Made by a program: the position numbers and the translations under genes. Shown piece by piece: positions 41,410-58,842 of a DNA stretch of 64,000 nucleotides. The DNA comes from Escherichia phage LYE-01. The notes under the pieces were generated by a model. The model ran no database searches and was not told the DNA's origin. It saw nothing but the letters and a program-made list of their open reading frames with translations. Where the stretch lies: sequence record PQ303785.1. The stretch is one strand, 5' to 3'. Positions within the stretch are counted from its first letter, which is position 1. Each line of letters opens with the position of its first letter.

Positions 41410-43389
41410 TTAACCTGCAAGACCAGTTAACTCATCGAAATCTGCACCAGTAGCAGTTGCGACGAAATTCAAAGTAATATAATTTATACTGCGCGCCGGT
41501 TGGATGTAGAATGTTGCAACAAACTCATTTCTATCAATTACTGACGGAGTGTTATTTGTTGTATCGCAAACTACACGATATTCATAAATTCCACCGAGAG
41601 CTTTAATTCCCTGTAAGTATTGGGCAGTTTCTGTGCGGAATGATGAACGAGTAAACGCGTTGTTTAATTCGAACAAACGATATTTTGAACTACGTCCGAT
41701 ATTCGTTTTCAACATATTAAACAGACGACGAACGTTAATACGATCAAATGGAGAAGGAACAGAAGTAGCTGTTTTATCACCATATAATACGTAACCATCA
41801 CCACCTGTACCAGTTACTGGGTTGATAGCTTCTTGATATAAACGGTCGCGCTGAGCTTGGCGAGTTTCAATAGCAAGTTTAATAACGTTAAGAATCTGGC
41901 CGCGATTATAACCAGCTGGAGACATCCAAGTCTGAGAAACGTTATCGGTTCTTGCACATAAACCGGCAATATCAGCTGCTAATGGAACCCAGCGATTGAC
42001 ATCATTATATTTGTCATACTGATATTTGTAGTTACCATCAATTGCTGCGTAGGTTGAACTGATATTAAAGTTATTATCAGTGTATGAACCTGTTGCGGTT
42101 CTCCAATTGACTAAGTTATCGACAGCACGAGTTACAGGAATTCCAACTACAGTTTCACGCGGTGGTGAGCACAATACTAAGCAATCCTGGCGAGCATCCC
42201 CAATTGAAACAACGTGTTTTTGGACAGTAGATGCTGTTTCCAAAGATTCACCGGCGCAAGAACCAGCAATAAACAGCTGAACGTCAACAGATTCACGGTC
42301 AGCAAAGAAGTCCCAGGCTTCCATTAAATCTCCTGCTGTTACTTCAGCATTTGATGATAATCCACCAGACAGAGTTAAAATTCCAGAGAATCCTTCTGGC
42401 CAGTTTTGTGCAGTTGCGAAAATATATTCTGAACCACCTTTTGCGAAAAAGTCATCAATGTAGATGTTACTATCGTAAATATCTTTTTCACCACGCTTTG
42501 TTGAAAGAACAATACTTTGAACAATAGCATCATTGCGACGAACTATAATAGCGTATTGTGAATCAGTTTGTGGTCCATATCCAAACACCGCTTTGGCAGT
42601 AGATGCACGTGTTCCGCCACCTGGATAAATTGGGAGTAATGCAGAAGCACCTTTTGCGTAGTCAGCTTTAGATACGATTTCAATTTCGATTTTATCGCCC
42701 AACTCGCCTGGGTAAAGAGCTACTACTCCTGGAATTCCATATTTTTCGAGATTTGCTTGAAAGTCAACAGCTGTCATAGCAGCTTCAGCATTTTCAATTT
42801 CAGCTAATAAAATACCAGAATCAGTAATAATTTTTCCAAGAGTTATTACTGCAGCTAAACCAGAGGAAGACGAAGAAATTTCCGCGGTCCAGTTAGAACC
42901 TAATGCTGGATATTCACCGACTTCTTTCGCTTTAGCGATAATTTTTGCGGTAGGAATATTAATTTTCTTAATTTTTCCATCAGCATCTACTTCGGTAATT
43001 TTACCTTCCGTTTCAATGTCTTCTGAAACATACTTAACTGTGATTTTATCTCCAACCGCGTAGTTACTACCTGGGGTAGAAATAGTGTATTCAATATTAC
43101 CAGCAATCGGAGATGAGTTTTTAGCGGTATCTCTATCGACAGCACGCACAACTCGCAAATCATTTCCATATTGTAAGAAATTCATTGCAGACATAAAATA
43201 GTCAGCAGTTTCAGCTGTAGGTTGACCAAAAGTATTAACTAAATCTACTTCATTTGTAACCTGTTTGATCTGAAAAGCAGGACCCCACTGGAATTTACCG
43301 GCCAAAGCTGCTGTACCAGTAGAGTTATTAACCACGGTGCTTTGAACCGTAGTTTCTTTGAGCTCAATGCCCGGAGATAATAAAGTCAT
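41410..43389 (-). CDS. 18: Contractile tail sheath protein, 659 aa
   Basis: Track ORF; length equals T4 gp18. Confidence 0.92.
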   Translation of the reverse strand: MTLLSPGIELKETTVQSTVVNNSTGTAALAGKFQWGPAFQIKQVTNEVDLVNTFGQPTAETADYFMSAMNFLQYGNDLRVVRAVDRDTAKNSSPIAGNIEYTISTPGSNYAVGDKITVKYVSEDIETEGKITEVDADGKIKKINIPTAKIIAKAKEVGEYPALGSNWTAEISSSSSGLAAVITLGKIITDSGILLAEIENAEAAMTAVDFQANLEKYGIPGVVALYPGELGDKIEIEIVSKADYAKGASALLPIYPGGGTRASTAKAVFGYGPQTDSQYAIIVRRNDAIVQSIVLSTKRGEKDIYDSNIYIDDFFAKGGSEYIFATAQNWPEGFSGILTLSGGLSSNAEVTAGDLMEAWDFFADRESVDVQLFIAGSCAGESLETASTVQKHVVSIGDARQDCLVLCSPPRETVVGIPVTRAVDNLVNWRTATGSYTDNNFNISSTYAAIDGNYKYQYDKYNDVNRWVPLAADIAGLCARTDNVSQTWMSPAGYNRGQILNVIKLAIETRQAQRDRLYQEAINPVTGTGGDGYVLYGDKTATSVPSPFDRINVRRLFNMLKTNIGRSSKYRLFELNNAFTRSSFRTETAQYLQGIKALGGIYEYRVVCDTTNNTPSVIDRNEFVATFYIQPARSINYITLNFVATATGADFDELTGLAG

Positions 43390-43417
43390 TTTTAATCCTC
43401 TTTAATATGCTTTAATA

Positions 43418-46558
<3,141 letters not shown>

Positions 46559-46599
46559 GATTTCTCCTAATCTGGGCTTTAATTAGTTTATAATATTTA

Positions 46600-48301
<1,702 letters not shown>

Positions 48302-48312
48302 TTAAAATCCTT

Positions 48313-48330
48313 TGGGGCCTTGCGGCCCCA
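48313..48330 (-). terminator. Hairpin TGGGGCC-TTGC-GGCCCCA between wac and gene 13
   Basis: 7-bp GC stem, GNRA loop on the minus-strand transcript. Confidence 0.5.
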
Positions 48331-48332
48331 TG

Positions 48333-49790
48333 TTATGCTGGTGATAAAAAGGTAGAAAGTAGTACCCATTCGCCGTCTTTACGAACGTAAGCTTGGCCAT
48401 CTTTTGGAGCTTCAGGGATATAACCTGCTTCCTGTAAAGTCTGAACATCCCCCTGTAATGAAGATACATTACTTTTAATACTACGCATTTCTTGATTAAT
48501 AGAAGAAATGTTAGTTTCATTAGCTTTTATTGAATTAGTTAATCCGCGCTCTTCTACCGTTGAACCATTTGGATTTGTGCCGCTTACTAGTTTATTTAGT
48601 GCAACAACTTGGCCTTTAATTCCAGTAGTGTTATTACCAATTTCAACTTGTAAGTTTTGAACATCATTGTTCAGTCTATTAACTGAAGTTTCAACAGTTG
48701 AAACCCTATTTAAAAGAGACCCAGGAGGAGAAGGCTGACCTCCACTAGAATCAGTTCCAACGATTTGGTTTAGCCATGAAACGTTTGCTCGTAGTCCAGA
48801 TGAAGTGTTTTCACCAACAATTCCATTTAAAAACTCAATTGATGTGGTATTATCTTTAATTTGACCCTTAATACTAGAAGGAATATCATCTGAGCCAATT
48901 GACGTTTCAATGACAGTCAATCGTTGTTTAATACCTCCGCTTTTATTTAGTTCATCATTTAAAGCTGAAACTTCTCGTGTATTAGTGTTAACATCTGTGA
49001 TTATTGAAGTATTTCCTGGATATCCAATAGAAGTTTTGATAGATTTAATTTCGGAACTAAGATTAATCTGAGATTGATCTAAATTATGCACACGTGAATA
49101 TATGCTTTCACTGAATGAAGATGGTCTTTGTCCAAGTTCTTGTCTAAGATTTCCGACTTCAATTGTCAGTGAACCTACATCAGATTCAATAAATTTTTCT
49201 TCCAAATCACTTAGACGTATTCCTTGGGAAGTTATAGCATCTGTATTATTAATGATACGGTGCTTCATCCCCGTGCTGCTATTTCCTACAACAGGAAGAC
49301 CATTAATGTCTTGCCCAGCATATTGTCCTAATTCTCTTTTAATCCATAACAAATCATTTCTAATCGTTCTATAAACTGAATTTGCTTGCGAATTAAATGG
49401 ACCAATATCAGAAAGAATATTATCAACCGTGGTATTTGTACCATTTAATATATCAGTGTGTTCATTCGTGAGTGTCTTTAAATTTGATATATCATTTTTA
49501 TTAATGCTGATCTGTGATAGCGCTTCTATATCTCCTGATACATCTAAAATGCCTTGAATGGTTTTAATATCTTCCTGAGATGTTTCAATGGCAGTTTTAA
49601 GAATTCCTACATTTTCATCGAGAACCTCGACATTTTTAAACACGGAAACAGTTGGTCTATTCATTGACCCATCGCTTCCATACTTAGTACTAGCTCCTAG
49701 TATTTCTTCACCGTTTTTAATCCATGAAATACGTTCCTGGCCTTCGCCAGGAACGCTATCAACAAAAGGTAACTCTTTTAATTCAATCAT
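48333..49790 (-). CDS. wac: Fibritin (whisker) with C-terminal foldon, 485 aa
   Basis: Track ORF; C-terminal [27 protein letters not shown] foldon; N-terminal residues differ from recalled T4 sequence. Confidence 0.88.
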   Translation of the reverse strand: MIELKELPFVDSVPGEGQERISWIKNGEEILGASTKYGSDGSMNRPTVSVFKNVEVLDENVGILKTAIETSQEDIKTIQGILDVSGDIEALSQISINKNDISNLKTLTNEHTDILNGTNTTVDNILSDIGPFNSQANSVYRTIRNDLLWIKRELGQYAGQDINGLPVVGNSSTGMKHRIINNTDAITSQGIRLSDLEEKFIESDVGSLTIEVGNLRQELGQRPSSFSESIYSRVHNLDQSQINLSSEIKSIKTSIGYPGNTSIITDVNTNTREVSALNDELNKSGGIKQRLTVIETSIGSDDIPSSIKGQIKDNTTSIEFLNGIVGENTSSGLRANVSWLNQIVGTDSSGGQPSPPGSLLNRVSTVETSVNRLNNDVQNLQVEIGNNTTGIKGQVVALNKLVSGTNPNGSTVEERGLTNSIKANETNISSINQEMRSIKSNVSSLQGDVQTLQEAGYIPEAPKDGQAYVRKDGEWVLLSTFLSPA

Positions 49791-49799
49791 TTGTAATCC

Positions 49800-51356
49800 T
49801 TAGTAATGAATTTTAATAATATAGTTTAATGATATATTCCATGGTCTAGTTTCATAACCAATTAATCCTTCACGGTTTAACGTGCCAAACGAGTCACGAG
49901 CACCACCCATTTCAAATCCGTCGTTAGTAAAGAACAAATGGTTGTCCCAGTCGGCGCTTCTACCATTGCCTAAATATCCATTGCCATTAGACGCGCCAAA
50001 CGGTGCATAACCTCTGTTATTTCCATTTTCCCCCCAGGCACCAACATGTTTATGGTATGACATTTGTTGTGCCTGAACACCACCAACATGCATTCCGTCA
50101 CATCCTACACCAAGTCTATCCTTCCCGTAACCATCTTGTCCTCGTTGATTTAAAATATGACCTCCTGTGCCAGCTCCTCTGACGAAAAGACCTCGCATAT
50201 CAGGAATGCCAGGGTTATTCCAATCACCACCAAATCTTGTTCCAACTGTGTTTCTATAATCAGGATATTGATCTCCTGACACGGTTCCGCCGTGGCACAT
50301 AACCCAACCCGGAGGTGCTGAATCACCCGCAAACATCATAATAGTTCCAACTGGAACCCTTTCGGACGCATATCTTTCAGTGGCAACAGGTTGATCGCCA
50401 TTTTTCCACATACCGCCGCGTGACCAAATTCCATTTGCTGTAAGATGGTCTAAATTTAAAGAACCATTAATAGTTTGTCCACCACGAGTATTAATTACAT
50501 CTGCGTTCCATGCTAATGCTCCAGAGCTATCACCTTCAGGGGCAATACCGGCTTGCGTCGTTAATTTAACTACTCCACGCATAGAACCAGTAGCTCCTCG
50601 ACCATTTAGTGTTTCGCCCGTTACTGCAACATCTCCCAAATTACTGTTAATTTCTGATTGTGTTCCTAAACGTATAACACCCTTATATTCTTGTGTTGCA
50701 ACAGAATTCATAAAGGTATACGGAGAAATTGCATATCCTTCGCGGAGAGTTCCTTGACGAGTTTGCGCAACAGTAGATAATTGAACTACACCTCTCACAG
50801 ATTCTGATGCAGTATCTTCAGAAGGAGCTATTTGTGAAATTAATTTTATTGCAAGTTTTTGTGTTTTTAATGGAGTCATTGCCGTAGTATCATCTACTCC
50901 AGCTAAAGCTGCAGGTGTAGATGATATTTTAATAACCCCGTTTGATGACTCAGACGAATATCTATTTTGGAACACATCGTCAGTATGGTATTTCAGTTTT
51001 TGCGGCGTTATTGATGAATTATTATCTGAACCTTCTAATGTTTCTTCATTTGTTGAATAACGCGTTAAACCATATTTAGTTTCAGTAGCATTTGGATACA
51101 ATAATCTTGTTGCTAATGTAGCTGGCGTAACGATTTTAGAATTATTAGTTCCATCTAAAACCTCTTGCTCTGACGCAATCATTGCTATTCCTTTAACTTC
51201 CATAGTTGCATCAGGAATACCGTTTACGCCGATATTACTTATTTTTGATAATGCAGACTGCACTGTCGTGACAGTGTCAGGAAAATTCGATCCTACTGGA
51301 TCGAATTTAACATATTTTGATTCATTTGATACGTGCTGATATGTATTGTTACTCAT
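49800..51356 (-). CDS. 12: Short tail fibre protein, 518 aa
   Basis: Track ORF; position between wac and 11; slightly shorter than recalled T4 gp12. Confidence 0.85.
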   Translation of the reverse strand: MSNNTYQHVSNESKYVKFDPVGSNFPDTVTTVQSALSKISNIGVNGIPDATMEVKGIAMIASEQEVLDGTNNSKIVTPATLATRLLYPNATETKYGLTRYSTNEETLEGSDNNSSITPQKLKYHTDDVFQNRYSSESSNGVIKISSTPAALAGVDDTTAMTPLKTQKLAIKLISQIAPSEDTASESVRGVVQLSTVAQTRQGTLREGYAISPYTFMNSVATQEYKGVIRLGTQSEINSNLGDVAVTGETLNGRGATGSMRGVVKLTTQAGIAPEGDSSGALAWNADVINTRGGQTINGSLNLDHLTANGIWSRGGMWKNGDQPVATERYASERVPVGTIMMFAGDSAPPGWVMCHGGTVSGDQYPDYRNTVGTRFGGDWNNPGIPDMRGLFVRGAGTGGHILNQRGQDGYGKDRLGVGCDGMHVGGVQAQQMSYHKHVGAWGENGNNRGYAPFGASNGNGYLGNGRSADWDNHLFFTNDGFEMGGARDSFGTLNREGLIGYETRPWNISLNYIIKIHY

Positions 51357-52012
51357 GCTATTCTCTCAAAATAATAAAATACCGTAGGTTGTGTGTGACT
51401 ATCTAGCGTGACAGTTTGCGCACCTAATAATTGCCAAGTTCCGTATCCAGGTTTAGAAGGAGAAATTATTTCTTGTTTGAAAGTAATTCCTTTATCAGAG
51501 TATTGTTCTAAGATATGTTCTTGGTTATCTAAATACTTAACTTGTATTTTATTTCCTATGGTAGGATGGTCTTCAAATGAATCAATTGCAATAAATTTTG
51601 CAACCATTTCCTGCAGAGCTGTTCTAACGGCACTGGTAAATTCGATTGAAGTCATTCCGTTAGTAGCTTTAACAGGAATGCCAAACATGTTAACAATAAC
51701 TGGGTCACCTGGTTTGGCTGAAGTATCATTGACAGTTCCTTCAAATGACCAATAGTCTGTTTGCTGCACGCCAGTAGGAGATACGCCGCTTATATTAACT
51801 AATACAGCTCCAACTTGTTGCTCTGCCATATTTCTAACATCATTGATAGCAGATTCTACATTTGGGTCATAAAAACCTTTTGCTATTTGTGAAATTGTTA
51901 CAGCGCCTACTGGCTGATTATTCATAACCGAAATATCATTTTTCTTAGTTCTAAAACCAAGAAAATCTGCTAAGCGGGAAATAACTCCCGCTTTATTATT
52001 AAGTAAACTCAT
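51353..52012 (-). CDS. 11: Baseplate wedge / short-fibre attachment protein, 219 aa
   Basis: Track ORF 51353..52030 has an upstream start; ATG at 52012 overlaps the gene 10 stop and gives the T4 length. Confidence 0.8.
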   Translation of the reverse strand: MSLLNNKAGVISRLADFLGFRTKKNDISVMNNQPVGAVTISQIAKGFYDPNVESAINDVRNMAEQQVGAVLVNISGVSPTGVQQTDYWSFEGTVNDTSAKPGDPVIVNMFGIPVKATNGMTSIEFTSAVRTALQEMVAKFIAIDSFEDHPTIGNKIQVKYLDNQEHILEQYSDKGITFKQEIISPSKPGYGTWQLLGAQTVTLDSHTQPTVFYYFERIA

Positions 52013-53817
52013 TATGCAATCCTTATCCAACGGTATACAGTAATAGACGGTTGAATATTACTAATATTAGCAGGAGGAGTATGTGAAGAGTTTGTTGTTG
52101 CGTAGTCTTCACGGTATTTTGTATATATAGGACCAGTTTCATCTGGGTCATATTGGCAACCTCCAATAATAACTGATCCGTTTTCGTCTTCAATTAAAAC
52201 TCTTTCATCGGTTTTAGTCGCAGGAAGATTTGCATTCTCAAGTGTTACTGATGTTGTTCCAACTGTTCCACCGGCAGTATGTGAAGGATTTCCGCTAGAA
52301 TCTAAATCATTATTGTTTAAAGCAAAGTTTGGATCCGTAACATCATCATTCCATCCTACTAAAACTTGTCCTTTACCAAATAATTTCCATGAACCAAATC
52401 CCATATAAGTCACCGGATTATTTGGATTTATAGCATTTTCATAAATTGAACCAACAGGATAAATGCTGTCGAAAATAGATGATATTGAATTATACATTCT
52501 AGTATAAGAATCAACTTTTTCAACATTTGGCCAACCGATTTTATCAAAATCTGTTAAGGCTACATCACCAGTAACTTCGGTAGATGATCCTTTGCTAACA
52601 TAACGGTCATCCGTTAATTCAATAATGTCATCTTTTTCTAAAAGAGTTCCTAAATCATTATTGAACCACGTTATAACGATTATATCACCTGATTCAAATT
52701 TTCTATCAAATAAAAGACTGGTAGGTTTTCCATCTTCATATTCTATAGAATAATCTGTGTTTGATTCTTTCCATTCACCACCAAGAGATATACAACCTTC
52801 TCGCGTATCTGAACTAGCGCCTTCACACAAAAACAGAGGATATCCAGCGGTTCCAGCCTGCTGCTGTAAAATTCCATTAAAACGAACCTCAAGAGAATTA
52901 GGATTAATGGGTTCACCAGGAATTAATCCAAATGCAGAAAATGGAATTGATTTCATCGCCGATAAATCAGTAACATAAATGCTTCCTTCTAAAGAAGTCT
53001 TTGATGTTAGTTTTGAATCTAGTACTTTTATTTGGCGTCTTGTATATGAACTTCTCCATTGTGATACACCATCCATAAATGTTTCAATTTGAACGGTGTC
53101 ACCAATATTACAAGGCTGTCTTAATCGAATATTAAATCCATCAAGAGGAACTAATTCGCCTTCATTTTCGCCCGGAGAGCCAAAGTCACTATTTTCGCTA
53201 AATACATCACCGTAATACAATTCGTTACCACGATGTTTTACTCTGATGTTATTGACATTATAACTAGTTCCATTGAAAACATCTAAAAAGTCTGTTTGCC
53301 CTTGAACTTCGACTAAAAATTCTTTGCGAGCTACATTACTAATATCTGAACTAATAATTTTGTCAATTTGTTTATTTTTGACATATTCCCAACGTCCTGG
53401 AGCGCAATAAACGAGCTCTAAATCACTAAATTGAATATTAATTTCAACTGACGATGACGACCCTTTAATTGTATCTCCGGAAGCAGCTACTAAAGTAACT
53501 GGATTGATGTTCCATGTAGCGAATACGTCTCTAGCTCTAATTACCTTGTTGTAATCATTAACAGTTCCTTTAGGAAGTTGTAGAGTTACTCTTCCAGAAG
53601 AGGTATTAATAGCGTATGATTTTCCCCATTCTGCCGTTAGTGTTTGTCCAGATGAAGCATCATAAGTTTTCCAGGCACCGGCTGAATATGGAACATCTCC
53701 ATCACCAAGTTCATAATAAAGTTCATCAAAGTTTTCATTTATTTTTATACCACCTTTACGCAGGTAGTCACCGGTACCATCATCAACAACATTACCGATA
53801 TTAATATTTTGTTTCAT
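52012..53817 (-). CDS. 10: Baseplate wedge protein, 601 aa
   Basis: Track ORF; length and order as in T4. Confidence 0.85.
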   Translation of the reverse strand: MKQNINIGNVVDDGTGDYLRKGGIKINENFDELYYELGDGDVPYSAGAWKTYDASSGQTLTAEWGKSYAINTSSGRVTLQLPKGTVNDYNKVIRARDVFATWNINPVTLVAASGDTIKGSSSSVEINIQFSDLELVYCAPGRWEYVKNKQIDKIISSDISNVARKEFLVEVQGQTDFLDVFNGTSYNVNNIRVKHRGNELYYGDVFSENSDFGSPGENEGELVPLDGFNIRLRQPCNIGDTVQIETFMDGVSQWRSSYTRRQIKVLDSKLTSKTSLEGSIYVTDLSAMKSIPFSAFGLIPGEPINPNSLEVRFNGILQQQAGTAGYPLFLCEGASSDTREGCISLGGEWKESNTDYSIEYEDGKPTSLLFDRKFESGDIIVITWFNNDLGTLLEKDDIIELTDDRYVSKGSSTEVTGDVALTDFDKIGWPNVEKVDSYTRMYNSISSIFDSIYPVGSIYENAINPNNPVTYMGFGSWKLFGKGQVLVGWNDDVTDPNFALNNNDLDSSGNPSHTAGGTVGTTSVTLENANLPATKTDERVLIEDENGSVIIGGCQYDPDETGPIYTKYREDYATTNSSHTPPANISNIQPSITVYRWIRIA

Positions 53818-54683
53818 TATTGAGCCACCCCGATTTTCTGCGTAGCGATAACTTTAACTGCTGCTCTCATACCGACAGTTGAAGAACTTATAGTCGCCGT
53901 TACATAATTTTCTTTAATACTAAATGCAATATTAGCGATTTCGTCTTCTTCGGTTTCATTCCCAACCCGCATGACAGCATATTCAGAAGAAATGACCGTT
54001 GAATTAACAGTATCTACAAGAATATTTATTTCTGCTGTTTTAATTTTTCTTCCATCTACCGATTGGCAAGTAACTAACAATTTAGCCATGTTATATTCAG
54101 TACGATGAAATAATGGAATGTCAACTGATCCGGATGTAGAAATATTCCATGTACCTTCAGCCGGTGATTCCTTTTGGCCAAACATACTTTCAATAGAATA
54201 ATTCCAAACTGACGTAGAATTATCAGATGAAATACAACGTAAAGTAACTTTACTATATGGGCTAGTTACTACCAAATTACCTGAAACACCTTTAATTGAA
54301 TCAATCGCTTGAATCGTTAAAGGATTGGTAACTGATATAGATCCATTTGAGTTAATAAATTCAACGCAATCACCAAGTTCGCCTCTTTCAATGATAACTT
54401 TAACACCTACAGCAGAGGTATCAATATCATGTCTAGTACCAACTTTCACCGGAGTTGCGTACTCTGTGATAGAATGCTTTTGATAATATCCAGTAGCATG
54501 GATAATTTGGCCGTCAGCACCAGTACCATTTGCTACTGCCATTTTACGCTGATCGCCAAACGCGTTATAAATTGCATTAAAATCACTATTAATTTTATTA
54601 CCACCGTCGAATAAGATATCACCAGTAGAAGCGTTACCAATTTCGCCGGTATCAATCAATTTCTTTGGTTCTTGAATGAACAT
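53817..54683 (-). CDS. 9: Baseplate wedge / long-tail-fibre socket protein, 288 aa
   Basis: Track ORF; length equals T4 gp9. Confidence 0.85.
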   Translation of the reverse strand: MFIQEPKKLIDTGEIGNASTGDILFDGGNKINSDFNAIYNAFGDQRKMAVANGTGADGQIIHATGYYQKHSITEYATPVKVGTRHDIDTSAVGVKVIIERGELGDCVEFINSNGSISVTNPLTIQAIDSIKGVSGNLVVTSPYSKVTLRCISSDNSTSVWNYSIESMFGQKESPAEGTWNISTSGSVDIPLFHRTEYNMAKLLVTCQSVDGRKIKTAEINILVDTVNSTVISSEYAVMRVGNETEEDEIANIAFSIKENYVTATISSSTVGMRAAVKVIATQKIGVAQ

Positions 54684-54707
54684 AGCGGTTTCCTTATGAG
54701 TTTATAG

Positions 54708-54715
54708 TATTTATA
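54708..54715 (-). promoter_or_regulatory. Late promoter TATAAATA for gene 9
   Basis: Plus-strand TATTTATA about 25 nt upstream of ATG. Confidence 0.55.
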
Positions 54716-54722
54716 AAGAAAA

Positions 54723-54742
54723 AGGGAGCCCATGGGCTCCCT
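54723..54742 (-). terminator. Hairpin AGGGAGCC-CATG-GGCTCCCT after gene 8
   Basis: 8-bp palindromic GC stem read from sequence. Confidence 0.55.
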
Positions 54743-54746
54743 TAAT

Positions 54747-55751
54747 TTAAAATGTAAACAGAATATTGATTTCTTCCGTTTGATCCATTGCCATAATAAT
54801 AGGTGGCCTATTTTCCATATAAATCATTTCGCCCGAATGCCTCATTAAATCTTCCGGATCATAGTAATCCTTTTCAGCTTTAACGTTTGGGTCATTTGGA
54901 TGAACTTTAGCTTCAAGAGGATTCGTGATTATCGATATTTGTCTAAATCCTTTATTTCCTGGCAATGCAGCTTCAGGAAAATAAACTGAATCTAAGTATG
55001 CTTTAAAACGAATAGTATTTGCCTTAACCCGGTAAATTAATCCAAAATCATCTTGCTGCCAAGTGAGGTTATCTTCATACCCCCATCTAGTCGGATCTTC
55101 TTTTAATTCCTCAGGCCAAGGAACCACGATATATTCATTCGTGCATCTGTTTATAGATACATCAGGCGGAATCTCAAAAAGATATTCCCATACATACCCG
55201 TCTCCAGGTTCGATTGTTCCTTCCGCGTCTCCTCGACCTTCAGGAGGAGTCATTGACCTAACAGAAGGAGTCCATTTTCCACCTAACTTAAGGCATTCAT
55301 CCTTATTAGTTAAAGACTCAATTGAACACATTCCGGTATCAGGAACATCTAAACAACGATATACTAACCAGCCTGCGCCTGATTCGGTAGCGTTGTAAGG
55401 AGCTGAGTTACACACTACAATATCGTTAATTCTAAATGTGTATGGATCCGGATATCTAGTATCTCCCCAATCTCGACGAGGAATAACTGCATCAAGCATA
55501 GATGGAAGAACCTTCACGGTTCCCATCATATGAGTCCACATGTCAGTTACACCTAACACAGAATCGGTGGGATAAGGTGGGGCAAATCCCACCTCATTTT
55601 CGTTTGATGACCACGGTTCTGATCTTCCAAATGTAATAAAGATAGTGTTTTTATCCGGACCACTTCCAATTGAATTATAAAAATTCAACATTTTTTCTGT
55701 TCTAAATTTTGAAGTAACTATCGCACGATAGATAACACTTGAATCATTCAT
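54747..55751 (-). CDS. 8: Baseplate wedge protein, 334 aa
   Basis: Track ORF; length equals T4 gp8. Confidence 0.85.
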   Translation of the reverse strand: MNDSSVIYRAIVTSKFRTEKMLNFYNSIGSGPDKNTIFITFGRSEPWSSNENEVGFAPPYPTDSVLGVTDMWTHMMGTVKVLPSMLDAVIPRRDWGDTRYPDPYTFRINDIVVCNSAPYNATESGAGWLVYRCLDVPDTGMCSIESLTNKDECLKLGGKWTPSVRSMTPPEGRGDAEGTIEPGDGYVWEYLFEIPPDVSINRCTNEYIVVPWPEELKEDPTRWGYEDNLTWQQDDFGLIYRVKANTIRFKAYLDSVYFPEAALPGNKGFRQISIITNPLEAKVHPNDPNVKAEKDYYDPEDLMRHSGEMIYMENRPPIIMAMDQTEEINILFTF

Positions 55752-58700
55752 CTATTTTAACCTGTGTTGGATTTTCAGGGTCTCTTGGATTTCCTATATT
55801 ATCTTTTAGACGTTTATTAACTAAATCCCTAAATTGTGCAAATGTTGTTCCAGATGCATCAAATAGAGGACTCATTAATTTACGTCGTTCAGAAGGCAAT
55901 TGACCTTGAAATATTGAATTATTATTTTCAGCATTATAGTCATCAGGAAGAGGATATTCTACGCCAGCCATTGGGCCAGGTTCATAAATTGCTTCGCCTG
56001 TTACTGAATCATGCTCAATTTCACCGGTTGGAGTCAATTTAGCTACTCTATCAGCGTATTCAGTAGGCAATCCAGAATCCCATTTATAGTTTTTGTATTT
56101 ATTAATTATAGTCTCTGTATGTTTAAGAGTTAAACCAACATTAATAAACATTGTTAAAAGAGTAATTGCTATAAATCCAAATCCTACTGGATGAACAAAA
56201 CGAATAACGTCAGATTTCCAGCGGGAAGAAGGTAAATTGGATTTAATTTTCATTACATAATATGATCTACTTCTATTAATATAGTCTATATTATTTTGAA
56301 GCAAATCCTTTCCTTTAACCCCGCGAATAATTTCGCCTTCGAAACTAGGGAGTCTTTCTGCTTTAACTTCTTGACCGGCAATTAATCTTCCTAAAAGATT
56401 ATGAATAGTTACGGTCCATTGCAATTTACCATTAGAATAGCTTCTTTCTATATAAGTAACATTACATCTTCCTGTAGCTGTATAAATCGTTTGTCCTACT
56501 AAGTCTTCGGTCAAAGAATCAGATTGAACGATTATATCATATTCAGTACCAGCCCCAGATTCAATTTCAATTTCAACTTCTTCATTATAAAGAACTTTAA
56601 AAAGAAATTTGTATGATGCTTCAATTCCTTTAGTAGAATAAAAATCATAGCTACGTGATTCAAAAAATCTTGCAACAGCATCACGTTTATCAGCATTTAA
56701 ATAAATGTTTCTTTTATATATCTCTGACCACAAATATTCCCATGCATGCTCTTCTCGCGGATATTGATTACGAATTAAATTTCGTAAATTATTATACTGA
56801 GTTCCATATCCATCAGAAAGATACTGAATATATGCTTCGCAGAATGCCTCAAAATTAGAATCCTGTAGCAAATAAGAATCAGGCATCATTGTGCCAATCA
56901 ATGGTCTTAAATCAGGATCAGCTAATCCATGCTCTTCTTCCGGTGACCAAGGAGTTTCACGCTCTTGGTTTTGTAAAAATGCTTTTAAAAATATTCCAGT
57001 TGGCTTCCAAATTATTTCAACCGTGTCTCTCACTCGATAGTTAAAATCATAGTAAGAAATTATTTCACCAGAAGATTTATAAAAAAGCATCCCAGACGCA
57101 TATTTTTTAAATCCCGTGAATTTAACATTTGGCATTACTATAGTGCAATCGCCGTCATCCCAGTATTCATGAACTAATCTATCTGGCGATGTTTCTGGAA
57201 AATTTTCAATAACTTTGGTATATTTTAAATCAGCATAAACTACTACAGCTCTGTCAGAGTTGTTTATCCAACAGCGTGTGTTAGATTTTTTAGACCAGTT
57301 AAAGAATGGTTCTGCATAGTATTTCATCGGCTGAGGCGTAAAAGTTTCCCAATCAGATTTTTCATCTGCTATAAATGCCATCATATGATAATGCTTATCA
57401 GCTAACCATTCACGTGGAAATTCATATTTAACAGCACCGATTAACTGATATTTCACCACAGTTTCAGGGTCATTAACAATGTTATCACTTAAAAATTTAA
57501 AATTACTCGAAGACAGAGAAACTAATTTACCATCAGTTGACATATTTGCATATCCGGGTTGAATACGTCTTCTTTCTTCTTCAGTGTTGCCAAAAACTCT
57601 TTTCCATGTTTTCGTGCCATGATTTAAAACATATATTCCTTTATCAGCAGAATCAATTATTTTTGATGTTCTAGGATTAGCATTTAATGTTTCAACTTCT
57701 CCAATAATAAGAGCAAAAACTTTATCACCGATAGAATCCATTTTATAGCATACTGCTTTAGGATTTCCGGTTATAGTCATTGTATCAGGTTCAAAAAGTC
57801 TTTCCGAATATGTTGGAGATAATGGGTCAGAATCTATGGGCGCATTACTCGTTTTTATGTATCTAACTTTGTCTCTGGCGACAACGTAAATGTAATCATC
57901 AGTGCAAGTAATAGCTTCTGCAATGCGGTATACATTCGCTGGTAATGTAGCATAAGTACCAAATATTTCAACATCAAATCCCAAATGAAGTTGATCTCCA
58001 AGTTTAGCAAATGTTATATCCTGCGAACTAAATCTAACATCATCAGCTGACCATCTAACATCAGTAGATTTGCGGCCGTAGAAAATCTTGTCGTATCCTA
58101 GAACGTATGTTGTGTTTGCAGATTGGTAATATACAGTCTTAGATAAAGGATATCCTACACGATCATTGAAGAGCTTTACGGCTTTCCAGGTTTGTCCTTT
58201 ATCATTAGATACTTTAACTACAGGTTGATAACGCTCAAAAAGATATAGAATCCCTTCTGATTCCATCAAATAAACTCTGTTAATATCCTTACATACTTGC
58301 TGAATAGAACCTTGTATTTCATGATACTCATTTTCACCAATAATAAAATTACTTATTGATGAAACATCAGCATATGATGGGCTGAATTGAAACGATTCAT
58401 TCATCAATGCAGCCATTATAGTGTCATTGTTAAAATTAACATAGTCAGAATTATTAAGAGTAAATTTTTCTTGAATGAATTTATTAGCTAATTGCATTTC
58501 AATCATGTTTTGAAATGTATAAGCATTTGTAGCAAAAGTTTCAAACTCTTCAGTATAAATCCAATCAGACTGCTCAAAATCTTGCGCAGCTGTGGCTACT
58601 CTAATAATGTATGATGTCAATGGGTCGGCATCATCAAAAAAGAAGCTGTTATTTGCAGTATATCCTAAGTTAACCCATCTGTATTGATTACTCGGGAGAT

Positions 58701-58842
58701 TTTCCCCCGAGTCTGTTTTTGTCTCAGCGATTTCTACAAAATAGTAGAAATTAGCACCAACGTCATCCCAGCGTACTTGCACCTGATTTGCGGATAACTT
58801 GGAAATTCTGAGACTAGTGACTGAAGGTGCTTTTACTGTCAT
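55744..58842 (-). CDS. 7: Baseplate wedge initiator, 1032 aa
   Basis: Track ORF; length equals T4 gp7. Confidence 0.9.
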   Translation of the reverse strand: MTVKAPSVTSLRISKLSANQVQVRWDDVGANFYYFVEIAETKTDSGENLPSNQYRWVNLGYTANNSFFFDDADPLTSYIIRVATAAQDFEQSDWIYTEEFETFATNAYTFQNMIEMQLANKFIQEKFTLNNSDYVNFNNDTIMAALMNESFQFSPSYADVSSISNFIIGENEYHEIQGSIQQVCKDINRVYLMESEGILYLFERYQPVVKVSNDKGQTWKAVKLFNDRVGYPLSKTVYYQSANTTYVLGYDKIFYGRKSTDVRWSADDVRFSSQDITFAKLGDQLHLGFDVEIFGTYATLPANVYRIAEAITCTDDYIYVVARDKVRYIKTSNAPIDSDPLSPTYSERLFEPDTMTITGNPKAVCYKMDSIGDKVFALIIGEVETLNANPRTSKIIDSADKGIYVLNHGTKTWKRVFGNTEEERRRIQPGYANMSTDGKLVSLSSSNFKFLSDNIVNDPETVVKYQLIGAVKYEFPREWLADKHYHMMAFIADEKSDWETFTPQPMKYYAEPFFNWSKKSNTRCWINNSDRAVVVYADLKYTKVIENFPETSPDRLVHEYWDDGDCTIVMPNVKFTGFKKYASGMLFYKSSGEIISYYDFNYRVRDTVEIIWKPTGIFLKAFLQNQERETPWSPEEEHGLADPDLRPLIGTMMPDSYLLQDSNFEAFCEAYIQYLSDGYGTQYNNLRNLIRNQYPREEHAWEYLWSEIYKRNIYLNADKRDAVARFFESRSYDFYSTKGIEASYKFLFKVLYNEEVEIEIESGAGTEYDIIVQSDSLTEDLVGQTIYTATGRCNVTYIERSYSNGKLQWTVTIHNLLGRLIAGQEVKAERLPSFEGEIIRGVKGKDLLQNNIDYINRSRSYYVMKIKSNLPSSRWKSDVIRFVHPVGFGFIAITLLTMFINVGLTLKHTETIINKYKNYKWDSGLPTEYADRVAKLTPTGEIEHDSVTGEAIYEPGPMAGVEYPLPDDYNAENNNSIFQGQLPSERRKLMSPLFDASGTTFAQFRDLVNKRLKDNIGNPRDPENPTQVKIDE

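Noticed and set aside
53616-53804. His-rich 62-aa ORF antisense to gene 10
   Set aside because: No RBS; overlaps a conserved structural gene.
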